In this document: positions 11,836 through 21,489 of the stretch, piece after piece
Layout of the letters: every line of letters starts with the position of its first letter
How positions within the stretch are numbered: position 1 is the first letter of the stretch
Origin: Cyanophora paradoxa CCMP329
Taxonomy: Eukaryota; Plantae; Glaucophyta
DNA: 64,000 nucleotides
Assembly (NCBI GenBank): GCA_004431415.1
Contig: QPMI01000452.1
Coordinates: 1-64,000 of the forward strand
Reading direction: 5' to 3'
Program-made: the position numbers and the translations under genes
Notes under the pieces: model-generated
The model's input: the letters and a program-made list of their open reading frames with translations, nothing else
Told to the model about the DNA's origin: nothing
Database searches by the model: none

Positions 11836-12280
11836 AAGTGGACTCAAGGTTGACTCATATTAATCGTAAAAGAAGTAAAAGTATATGGATTTTGTTACGA
11901 ATTCAATGGGAGGGTTGACTAAGTGGGTTGAGTTGACTCAAATTTCACAGGAAATATTTGGGACCTAAACTTTTCTAAAAAGGATTTCAAAAAATGTGTC
12001 AACTCCCCCCACTTAGTCAACCCTGACCATAAACAGTAAGGATTTAAGCTAACATGTATCACAGAGTGAACATATTGAGTCCACTTAGAAGATCCACTTT
12101 TGAAATCCAAGTTGATTTTGCTTGAAATTTCAAAGTTGATCTAAAAGTGAGTCCACCCTGATTGATTATGGTAACAAAGTTGACTAAGTTGACTAAGTTG
12201 AGTCATATTAAGAAATTCAAGGAGACTGAGAGTTCAAAATGTTTATGAAAAGTGAGTCAACTTAGACCACTTATGGTAAC
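11836..12280. repeat. Second copy of the GTTGACT iteron/IR region, subterminal in element 1
   Basis: AAGTGGACTCA.GGTTGACTCA as at 5756. Perfect 16-bp IR GGGTTGACTAAGTGGG (11912-11927) / CCCACTTAGTCAACCC (12008-12023). Further degenerate copies to ~12270. Confidence 0.8.
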
Positions 12281-12546
12281 AAAGTTAAATATTTAATTGA
12301 TTTAATCGGAAAAGAACATGATTTAATCGAATTTATTGATATAATTCCGATAAGATTCATTTAGGTTTCAATTAAGATCAATCGAAGTTATAGATATAAT
12401 TCCGATTAACTACAATTAAGATACAATATCGATTAATCGAGTTTATCGATATAACATCGATTAAATTAATTGAAAATGCATATACAAATATGAAAATTCA
12501 TGTGAAAATTCAAATAAATTAATCGATTTTATTGATATAACATCGA

Positions 12547-12625
12547 ATCACACATATGAATATTCATATTTTAATCCTGAGGCGGAACGCCGAGGGATTA
12601 AAATATGAATATTCATATGTGTGAT
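12547..12625. repeat. Perfect 31-bp inverted repeat with a 17-nt loop containing GGCG-GAA-CGCC; junction between elements 1 and 2
   Basis: 12547-12577 is the exact reverse complement of 12595-12625. Confidence 0.92.
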
Positions 12626-14667
12626 GTAGCTGACCCATCATTTACCACATACAAATTCGTGTCGGTAATTTCAATAGTAGGAGGGGAAACAAATGGTGTC
12701 TCAAATGTGAAATTAAAATTCGCTGGAACCGCTGCAAGGTATCTATATGTTGTTGCTGATATCTCGGATGCCTGGAATACTTTGCTTCCCCTCTGCACTA
12801 CATTACTGGTGTCTTTCACATTGTGGTATGAGATGCTGGGAGTCGGGGAGAGCACCAACGAAATAGCATCTGGTAAATCAGACTTTGTAATATACAGCTC
12901 TTTAAGATACTCCTTTTTGAAAGGGGCGGTCAGATCTCCAATAGTAGCCGATGAACCTGCGACCACAATATTACAGGTGTTTGCATTCATTGAGTAAACT
13001 GTGTTCCACCTCAAAGAATTCGCCCCAAGATCGAAATTCTGTGAGAAAGGAACGATATTGCTACCTTGTAAATCTCGGTAAACCTTTACTCTGGGTTTGC
13101 TATCGAATACAGGGCTAATGTAATTGATGGTGAGAGTGAAACTAATAGTAGCTTCGGAACTAAATGAGTTGTTTCGGATGATAAGTAAATTGTATGTCTC
13201 GTTAATGACAAACGAAACCTGAAACCCTGTGGAGGTGACATTTTGGATAAATGCTTTATTAGATTCATTATTGTTATAGATAGGATTATAATAAGTAGTG
13301 TGATCCACCAATGAAACAGTGGGTATATTCGTCTCGAAACCTGTGACACCCAACTGATCCCAAGTGAATGTATATGTAGGTTTGCCTACATAAGCGACAT
13401 AGACCCCATTTGCGAGCTGCTGAGGGTATCCCTCGACAGTGTAGGTCTCAGTTTGCGAAACCGAGCGGGAAAGGTTACTATTATAGTCGGTGTAGCTGAT
13501 CAGTGCATTACCATTGGTAAGAATCTGATTAGGTCGGAGTGAGTGATTTAATGGAAGGATTAAATTGGAGGCAAACATGGAAACTCCATGCACCTCTGAC
13601 CATCTCAGATTCGATAAACCAACTCGGTATGTGTTATCAGTCGCGGGGTAAATGTTCCTTTTCGATAGAATATGGGCTAAGGTAATTGCAAGCGCTCCAT
13701 CTGCTGCAAACAGTGCATTAATCTCCGATTGTATTGCGGCTATTTCGGTTGTGTGAGTCGTGAGGGTTCCATCCTGGCTGGAATCTTTGGTGTTCTTGTT
13801 CCTCTCGAACTCCAAAAACGCCTTTACAATGTCCTTGCCCAAAAGATCGTTTACATTTTGTCTGGTAATGTGAACGTGATCGGTTCTCAGTGCTTGTTTC
13901 TCTGTGGTAAATGTCGGAACTTCCTCAGCAAACGAGATAGTCGTTTTATCAAGAGCTATGGATCGCACATTCGGGGCATTGGCACCAATTATATTTACAA
14001 CGCTCCCGTTTTCGAGGATCTCTAACACTGGTTTCGCGGGATCTACTGTAAAAACGCCCTCTGTGATTTGGGGAACAGTGTTGCTCTTCTGAATTATAAA
14101 TGAATCAAGGGTTAGATTGCATGTAGCGACATTAGTGGCGAAAAACGACTCAGAGTTAAGCGAGTTTACGTTTAGGGTATTCGTGGTAATGTTACTTGCT
14201 GTCAAATTACTTGTAGATAAACCGTGAACAATTTCTACCTTTGTCTGTCTGTTTGAAACCCCGGCTATAAGCGTGCTATTATCCACGATTCTCATAGCTG
14301 CATTTTGGAAACCGCTCTCATCTTGAATGAAGAAGTTTAAGCGACCTCTATCGAATGCTTTTGGGATGTTCCTACGATTATATCGCACCGTTTTCGGTAG
14401 CTGGCGGGTTGCCTGAATGCTGGCGACTCTGTTTCGCTCGTTATCATCAAGTAAAAAGTCGATTGCAAGCTTGTGATCCCCCTTCTCGACGTTCATTAAC
14501 TGCAAAGCTGCGGGTCTGCTCGGTGTTCCACTGACTGGATCTTCGCGGTCTGCATTGTAATTTATTCTCAGAGACCCGCGAATTTCGGTGTTTACCTGGT
14601 CAGTGTCCTCTATCTGCGTGGTCGAATTAATTACTCGCGCATCGGGTCTGGGATTCAGGAACGACAT
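12613..14667 (-). CDS. Fibre/receptor-binding-like structural protein, probably C-terminally truncated
   Basis: Likely start MSFLNPRP (ATG 14667). Tail-fibre-type repeats NIYPATDNTYRVGLSNLRWSEV and NIVPFSQNFDLGANSLRWNTVY. The second beta-domain repeat stops abruptly inside the hairpin. Confidence 0.65.
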   Translation of the reverse strand: MSFLNPRPDARVINSTTQIEDTDQVNTEIRGSLRINYNADREDPVSGTPSRPAALQLMNVEKGDHKLAIDFLLDDNERNRVASIQATRQLPKTVRYNRRNIPKAFDRGRLNFFIQDESGFQNAAMRIVDNSTLIAGVSNRQTKVEIVHGLSTSNLTASNITTNTLNVNSLNSESFFATNVATCNLTLDSFIIQKSNTVPQITEGVFTVDPAKPVLEILENGSVVNIIGANAPNVRSIALDKTTISFAEEVPTFTTEKQALRTDHVHITRQNVNDLLGKDIVKAFLEFERNKNTKDSSQDGTLTTHTTEIAAIQSEINALFAADGALAITLAHILSKRNIYPATDNTYRVGLSNLRWSEVHGVSMFASNLILPLNHSLRPNQILTNGNALISYTDYNSNLSRSVSQTETYTVEGYPQQLANGVYVAYVGKPTYTFTWDQLGVTGFETNIPTVSLVDHTTYYNPIYNNNESNKAFIQNVTSTGFQVSFVINETYNLLIIRNNSFSSEATISFTLTINYISPVFDSKPRVKVYRDLQGSNIVPFSQNFDLGANSLRWNTVYSMNANTCNIVVAGSSATIGDLTAPFKKEYLKELYITKSDLPDAISLVLSPTPSISYHNVKDTSNVVQRGSKVFQASEISATTYRYLAAVPANFNFTFETPFVSPPTIEITDTNLYVVNDGSATSHI

Positions 14668-14710
14668 CCTCTTTATAAACAAAGAAGATATATAAGAAGT
14701 ATATAAGATA

Positions 14711-16204
14711 ATGAAGACCTGCCTCGCTTTGAGTGGTGGAGGGTCGCGCGGAATAATCGAGGCTGCTATACTGGCACAGATTGAAGCCCAAACAGGTAAA
14801 CGAATCCAACAGCTATTCGACTGCTTTGCGGGAACATCCACAGGTGGATTAATCGCGCTCCTATTGAATATCAAGGGAACCGATGGCGCCCCTAAATATA
14901 CTGCTACTGATATTCTGGCGCTCTACAAAGCGAAGCTACCGCTGATTTTCGCAAATCCACGAGTGCTTACATCGATTATACAGCGCCCAAAGTACGAAGC
15001 AACTAACTTAGAAGCGGTGGCTCTCGAACTCTGCGGCTCAGCGACCGTGGCGGATCTCTATAAACCCACCATCGTGACTGCGTTCGACACGGTCTTAATG
15101 TCCCCCGTTTTTATTTCAAGCAACGATGAAGATATTAATGGGATGCTTGTGCGCGATGCTGCAAGGGCTACCTCGGCTGCTCCGACCTATTTCGAGCCGA
15201 AACAAGTCACAGTCGCCGGGAGAACATATTGTTTAATCGATGGTTGCATGAGCGGAAATAATTCGCCCGGGATCTGTGGCTACACGTTCGCCCGCACTTT
15301 ATTCGGAAACTCATGCGAGGAGGAGCTTATCGTGGTTTCGATTACGGCGGGTCACGTCCAAGACTCTGATAAGGCGACAGCTGGATATTCGTACGACACT
15401 ATGAAAAATTGGGGGATCGTGCAATGGATGCTAAGCGCGACAGGATCGCCAATTCTCAGCATGTTCTTAGAGTCGAGCGATCTAAACGCTCACGTAAAGC
15501 TACTGGAACTTTTACCCAGAAATGATGATCAGAACTACGATCGCTACTATAAGCTGAGTGTGCCTTTACCGAAAGATAAAATGACTCTCGATACGATCAC
15601 GACCAGTCACCTGCAATATTTGGAAACGGAAGCCCTCACCTTTGTTTCCGCACAGCAAACGTATTTTAATGCGATGTATTCAGTGCTGACCATGAATATA
15701 TCAGAGGGAGACGTTCCCATAATTAATCTGTCGGGTTGCACAGATACAAGTGCACCCCCGGAGTCTAACTGGGTGCCGCTCGATAATAGCGCCTTTATTG
15801 CGGAATTCGGCACAGCCTCCAATGCCCGCTGGTCGAATGCCACGGGGTGGGTGGGATTTACAAACCCGCCGCAAGGTAGTAGGTCGGGAGGCAATTATTT
15901 ACGCATCGATTTCCCGCGTCTGTTTATGCTTTCCTCTATAAAAATGAAGCCGGCTGCGAATGGAAACTATATTAAAACGTTTGAGATCGATTACCAGCTT
16001 ACTCCCGGAGTTTCTGCGCTTGTTACATACACAGAAGCCGGCGCGACGAGAGTGTTTACCAATGCGAATCAAATAGCCGGAAGTGCGGATCCCGACGAAC
16101 ATTTCTTAGCGAACCAGAGATCTGTGAGAACCCTCGTAATCTGGGTGCTCACGACGAATATTGCTTCGGCATGCCGAATAGATTTCGAGGGCTACTACGT
16201 TTAA
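14711..16204 (+). CDS. Patatin-like phospholipase fused to a C-terminal F5/8 type C (discoidin)-like domain
   Basis: LSGGGSRG, GTSTG nucleophile elbow, ATSAAPTYF, LIDG. C-terminus YLRIDF..YIKTFEIDY..RTLVIW..CRIDFEG. Confidence 0.88.
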   Translation: MKTCLALSGGGSRGIIEAAILAQIEAQTGKRIQQLFDCFAGTSTGGLIALLLNIKGTDGAPKYTATDILALYKAKLPLIFANPRVLTSIIQRPKYEATNLEAVALELCGSATVADLYKPTIVTAFDTVLMSPVFISSNDEDINGMLVRDAARATSAAPTYFEPKQVTVAGRTYCLIDGCMSGNNSPGICGYTFARTLFGNSCEEELIVVSITAGHVQDSDKATAGYSYDTMKNWGIVQWMLSATGSPILSMFLESSDLNAHVKLLELLPRNDDQNYDRYYKLSVPLPKDKMTLDTITTSHLQYLETEALTFVSAQQTYFNAMYSVLTMNISEGDVPIINLSGCTDTSAPPESNWVPLDNSAFIAEFGTASNARWSNATGWVGFTNPPQGSRSGGNYLRIDFPRLFMLSSIKMKPAANGNYIKTFEIDYQLTPGVSALVTYTEAGATRVFTNANQIAGSADPDEHFLANQRSVRTLVIWVLTTNIASACRIDFEGYYV

Positions 16205-17046
16205 TCCGTGATAACTTCCAGCTGGAACGAGTATGAGAGACCGTTTATATCCGCAACAGAGCCCCGCCATTTTCGAAGCGAAATTGTGAGGCGATCTAAA
16301 TCGAGTTGCGATGTGACATTTACGAAAGGGATGCTTGCGCTCGGTTCATGGTAAAAGGAATATCTACCAAAGTCCGAGTTCATCTGAATTCGCAATAGAT
16401 AGGAGTCGTCGACATTGTTCAGTCTACCTGTAACCGCTGCGAATTTGGTAAACGGGCGGAGCTCTTCGATATCAAGGTAAATATATGGAATCGCATTAAA
16501 GTCGACCATTTTCGGGCATATAATCGCGTAGCGACTGGGGTAATCTCTGAGTGGAACCGTCACTGGTTCTGGTGTGCTGGCGTAAACCACTCCGGGTTCT
16601 ATGCCGAGACAATCACAGAACTCCTGGTCAGAGCTCTCTAATGTAAAAGGGCTATTTGGAGATGAGAACACGAAGCGGTTGGTAGACAGAGCGAGAGAAT
16701 AGGAAACCGGGAAGAGACCGAGTGGATTAAAAGAACCGCCTGAAAAACCGAGTAAAGCATCCCTGTTTAAAGCTCTCTCTTTCGGATATCGTTCGTTATC
16801 AGCATCGACGTAATAATAGTCGTTTACGCTGGGAATCGGTGCTATCATTTTGGATGCGGGAATTACTGTGGGCTCTTCGTTCAGAAGCGTTATAGTTATT
16901 GTCTGATCGGGCGGAACAACATAAGAGCTATTAGGAATCTCAGCTGATAGCACACGAAATCGTCGTACATTATTAAGGCGCGTTTTCAAGTGCAGCACGC
17001 CATTTTCAAGGTCTCTACTGTCGCAATTTATTGTTATTCTTTTCAT
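16201..17046 (-). CDS. Minor capsid (penton, single jelly-roll) protein 1
   Basis: N-terminus I.CDSRD..L..RLNNVRRFRVLSAEIPNS; YIYLDIEEL; C-terminus LDRLTISL...INGL.YSFQLEV. Confidence 0.8.
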   Translation of the reverse strand: MKRITINCDSRDLENGVLHLKTRLNNVRRFRVLSAEIPNSSYVVPPDQTITITLLNEEPTVIPASKMIAPIPSVNDYYYVDADNERYPKERALNRDALLGFSGGSFNPLGLFPVSYSLALSTNRFVFSSPNSPFTLESSDQEFCDCLGIEPGVVYASTPEPVTVPLRDYPSRYAIICPKMVDFNAIPYIYLDIEELRPFTKFAAVTGRLNNVDDSYLLRIQMNSDFGRYSFYHEPSASIPFVNVTSQLDLDRLTISLRKWRGSVADINGLSYSFQLEVITD

Positions 17047-17062
17047 AATCTATTATAGTAAG

Positions 17063-17157
17063 ATGAAAGAATACCTGAGCTTTTCGAGCGATGATCGCGA
17101 CGAGGAGTTCACACAGCCAAACAAGTATGTAGTGACATTACCCCGTCGCTATGACAA
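17063..17157 (+). pseudogene. 5' part of minor capsid protein 2, cut by the retrotransposon
   Basis: MKEYLSFSSDDRDEEFTQPNKYVVTLPRRYD-N joins in frame to 22957 (VKSVRLVQATVPN). Confidence 0.9.
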
Positions 17158-17387
17158 TAGTTGTTATACGAGGAACGTAGTATAACGTACTTCGGACAGC
17201 GTGAATAATGTATATTGTTACATAAATTTCACACTCTTTGTTGCTTCGCAACAAGTACTTCTTGGGTACTTGTTGCACCTGCAACAAGTCCTACGAGCTT
17301 CCTAAGAGCTGCAGCAGTGAGCTATCGCTGCAGCTGCTGCAGCTTCTCTTCAGAGTTGCTTGATAGCAGCTTCGCTTCTTGCTCCCA
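17156..17387 (+). repeat. Split direct repeat A1 (232 bp)
   Basis: No differences seen by eye from 19155-19386. Confidence 0.95.
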
Positions 17388-18444
17388 TGGCAGCCCTAGC
17401 GCGCCCCCGCGGGCGCCTCCAGCTCTCCCGTTTCGTCCTAATTGTGTGTCTCCTTGCGCTCCTCGTTTGCCCGGTCGCAAATGGCGCCCGGGGTGCGAAA
17501 AGAGCCAAAACCGCGACTCCCTCTCCCAATCCGCCCGATCCGACTGTGGCGCCCTCTGCTGGCCCCAGTAGCCCACCCCCTGTTCCTCCAACGCCCACCC
17601 TGAGGCGCCGGCCCGGAGCCCGGCCCGCCAGTTATCACTCCTTCAGGCTCGAATATTTGCATCGGAACGCATGGCCCAACAGTGCCAACCCCATCCCAGC
17701 AGATTGCAGACCAAACCGTAGAGGCGTTCAATCAGCGTTTCGCAGCCATTGAACATTACCTCGGCGAAGTGATTGCAGCTCGTACCATAGGTACTGCCAC
17801 CGCCAATCCAGCCCCGATTCCAACTCCGCCCATTTCGTCGGTCCCACTTGTCGATTTGACATCGAACAATGGCGGTGAAGGATCATCTTCGGGCAACACT
17901 GCGCGTGAGCGTGCTGCACGTACACGTGAGCCCCTTACTGAGCGCGAACGCCAACGTCTCCACTATAATATTACCCGTTGGAATAACCCTCTAAACAAAG
18001 AATTTGCTTTGGACACTCTCGATAATATAGCGTTAGCCGAGGCTCGTGATTATTCTGCTCTTTATATCGCACTTAGAGACCAACTCAAAAAGATCCAACG
18101 CATCAATCAGCTAGGCCTTGATCGTGCTCTTAGACTGCAAAATGTAAACCAGGCTACTGATGATTTTCAGGAGCGCCAACTTTTGTTAACTGAACAAATG
18201 TATCAGCAGCAGTTGCAGCAGTTTACGCAGAATACTGTCACAGGCATGCCGTATGGTCGCTCACAGAATTTCGCTGCTCGCCCTCCCGGCCCTCGTCTGG
18301 CGCCTCTGGCCCTACTCGCCCACGGCTTGCTATCATTGTCATGATCCATCCCATATGCGTAATGTCTGTCCTGCTTTCCGTGCAGCTTGCCAGAACTGCC
18401 CTCCTGGCACTCGCCCGACTCCTCTGCCGACTCCAAACTCGTAA
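17387..18444 (+). pseudogene. Gag-like ORF with CCHC zinc knuckle (2 frameshifts)
   Basis: ATG directly at the end of A1; coiled-coil region in ORF 17682-18344; CYHCHDPSHMRNVC fits CX2CX4HX4C. Confidence 0.8.
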
Positions 18445-19095
18445 ATTTATTTCTTTTCACATCGATCCATCAGAATATCGATATTCATGAGTTTTTCGCT
18501 ACTTATGTACGAGCAGTGTTTTGACGCATGAGGGCATATCTTGATAGCAGAACCTGTGAACGTACTTGTGTTTTCTTGTGAGTAATTGATGATGGATTCG
18601 AAAATCGCTGCAATTTCTTGATGCCCCAAAATCGCCACTGGCGTGCATATGCATGGATGCAATTCGCGAAATCGCCTTTTTATGGCGTACATATTTATTC
18701 ATGTCGCAGCTCTGCCCTTTGTGGCATCTGCATGTCTTGTTTTTTGCTTTGAAAATCGCCTATGGCGTGCACTTACATCGACATTTATTGCTTGCAAATT
18801 GTCAGGACAGCTCTGCCCTCGCGTGGCATCTGTTGCTGTATTTCTTTTCAGTGCGCACGGCACTAGTGCATACTCCCTCGCCGGAGATGGAGATTCGGTC
18901 GCCATTTTTCTTTCCCTTGCGCAGTTCAAGCATCTGGAGTTCAGGCACGCCTCCCCCCATAAATCGCTCGTGCACTGACTGGCGACCGAACGCATCGATG
19001 GCATTATACATACGCATTTCACATATATGTGTGCTTCTGTGTGCCGTTAGAGGCCTTGCACTCGTCTGCAGGCTCTCGGCCTTCGCTCTTTTGCT

Positions 19096-19386
19096 CTTCA
19101 TGGCAATTGTACAAGTAGTACCTCAATTGCAATATACGAAATGAGCGCTGTCCGAATAGTTGTTATACGAGGAACGTAGTATAACGTACTTCGGACAGCG
19201 TGAATAATGTATATTGTTACATAAATTTCACACTCTTTGTTGCTTCGCAACAAGTACTTCTTGGGTACTTGTTGCACCTGCAACAAGTCCTACGAGCTTC
19301 CTAAGAGCTGCAGCAGTGAGCTATCGCTGCAGCTGCTGCAGCTTCTCTTCAGAGTTGCTTGATAGCAGCTTCGCTTCTTGCTCCCA
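19096..19386 (+). repeat. Internal B1-A2 junction of the split direct repeats
   Basis: B1 19096-19156 matches B2 22896-22956; A2 19155-19386 matches A1; the two overlap by AA. Confidence 0.95.
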
Positions 19387-19486
19387 CCCAACCCTCCCTA
19401 AATATATGGATGCTGTTCTGCTGTCTATATAATTCCCTCCCCTTGCGTGCGGCCTCGAGCCTGTATTCTCGTGCATTATTAATTGC

Positions 19487-21408
19487 GTGCTGTTGTTTTT
19501 TCTGTCAGGTTTTACTGCTCGCTGTCTCGGAAGTGCGGATGCCTTGGCGGCATGGCGTGCAATCGGAACAAGTGATTACATCCTTTCATGGCTTCAGAAC
19601 GGCTACCCTCTTGCTGGCGTTGAGCATCTGCCTCCTAGTGTACATTACAATGCTGGTCAATCTCAGCGCCCTCGTGAGAGTACTTTCATTCGGGCAGAAA
19701 TTCAGAAGCTGCTCGGTACCGGCGCTATTCGGGTGGCCCCAAGCCCCGAAAATTGTTTGCTCGCTATTTACGGTTCCAAAGAAGACTGGTGATAAGCTCA
19801 GACTGATTTGGGATGGCCGCCCAACAAATCGAGGTCTTCCTCCTGTCCCTTTTCGCTATGAAAATATGCGCGAGGTCATCGCCTTGCTGCGACCTGGCTG
19901 GTTTATGTTTACTATCGACCTCGAGTCGGGATATCATCATGTACCGGTAGACCCGCAATATTTCTCGTACCTGGGCTTCCAGTACGATAGTACTTTCTTC
20001 GAATACACCGTTTTACCCTTCGGGCTCTCACATGCCCATATGCATTCACCAAGATCATACGTCAGGTCATTAAATTTCTCCGCGCACACGGTATTACCGT
20101 GGTATCGTATGTAGATGATTTCTGGTTTGCGGCTCCCACGTACCAGGCCGCTGTTAATCTTCGCAATTTCATTCTCGATCTTTTTCGCCACCTGCACTTA
20201 TTCATTAATGAGAAATCGGCCCTTGAGCCTGCACAGCGTGTCGAATTTTTAGGGTTTATTGTAGATTCCACATCGATGATGTTTGAGGTCCCTCTGCAGA
20301 AGCTTAGTAAGCTTCAGGACCGGCTAAAGGACGCAGCTAAGCGCATCCAGTCGTGCCAGGCTAGAGGCGTGCAATTTCAGATGTCAGCTCGTACACTCGC
20401 TTCGATTGTCGGTGTGCTTATGTCAATGGCCTTAGCTATTGCACCGCTCGCATTCATACTCGATCCATTTATCGCAACATTGATATTACCCAGCGACAAT
20501 TTCGGTGGAATGCCCCGGCGGTGGTATCGCCGGAGGCCCAGGAGGAGCTTCTGTGGTGGCATGCAAATCTCGCCCGCTATAATGGGCGGTGTGCCATCCG
20601 GCCAGAGCGAATTTTCGTTGTTACGACGGATGCCAGCAAGATCGGTCTTGGTGGTTTTGTCACCACCGAGGTTGGCGATCTCTCATTCCAACAACAGTGG
20701 ACTCCTGCAGAGTCGGCCCAGACGCCTGCATGGCGTGAGATGACCGCCATTATTCGTGCTCTGCATCATTTCAGTCCTTACCTGCAGCACGTTAATTTAC
20801 TAGTTCGCTCAGATAACACAAATGCAGTGCAGTACATTCTTAATGGTGGCGGTCGTAGCCCCGAGCTTACATTAATCGCCAAGGAAATTTGGAATTTCGC
20901 CTTGCAAAATTGTGCCTTCATGGATGCTGAGTGGATACCTGGAGAAACCAATAATTTCGCCGATTATCTTAGTCGCTGGTTTGCCCCTGCTGACTATCAG
21001 CTTTCCGATGCTGTTTTCCGTCGCATTGTTAACAGATATGGCTTGCCTGATGTCGATCGAATGGCATTAGCTTCCTCTGCACGTGTCCCTCGCTATAATA
21101 GCATTGATCCTTTTGACCGCCTTGCAGAGGCAGTAGACTGCTTCACTGTTGATTGGTCTCGTGATTTTAATTATGTTTTCCCCGACCCTGCAGTCCTACT
21201 GCGGGTGGTTCGTCATGCTCAAGCTTGTCGAGCTCGGATGATTGTTGTAGTACCCGAATGGCCCTCGCAGCCATGGTGGCCTATCTTGCAGGCTGCAGCT
21301 GTGGAGCCCCCTCTGCATCTTGGTCGGGGCCACACAGTATGCCTTTTCGGTCCAACTCGTGCTGCTCTTCCTGAGTGGCTGCTCCTCGCTTTTCTAGTTC
21401 AGTTTTAG
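19487..21408 (+). pseudogene. Reverse transcriptase-RNase H-adenine methyltransferase-like (MT) polyprotein, 3 frameshifts
   Basis: ILSWLQNGY, LFTVPKK..KLRLIWD, IDLESGYHH, LPFGL, YVDD. RNase H TDAS, REM, SDN, NNFADYLSR. MT-like DVDRMA..DW..NYVFP..VVPEWPSQPWW. Confidence 0.93.
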
Positions 21409-21489
21409 CTGTACCCAATTGCAAACTAGTGTCAAATAATTATAAATGCAATCGAGCGCACACCCTCATGCTTCTAACCATACCCTGCA

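Larger units (their letters stand above)
1..12625 (+). mobile_element. Endogenous Polinton-like virus, element 1 (left end outside window; several genes frameshifted)
   Basis: AT-rich, intronless, co-oriented block: packaging ATPase, primase-helicase, pPolB, rve integrase. Repeat-rich right end terminates in a hairpin at 12547-12625. Right boundary inferred from the iteron copy at 11836-12280 and from low CpG. Confidence 0.85.

Noticed and set aside
14668-14874. N-terminal extension of the fibre ORF overlapping the patatin gene
   Set aside because: It is antisense to patatin and crosses an AT-rich intergenic spacer; ATG 14667 is the more plausible start.
18447-19144. Extra hydrophobic ORF (env-like) between gag and B1
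   Set aside because: Several overlapping short ORFs in T-rich DNA with no recognisable motif; not supportable.
17156-19386. LTR retrotransposon with 232-bp LTRs
   Set aside because: The repeats are split (A..BA..B), RT lies outside the A-A interval, and integration uses a tyrosine recombinase.
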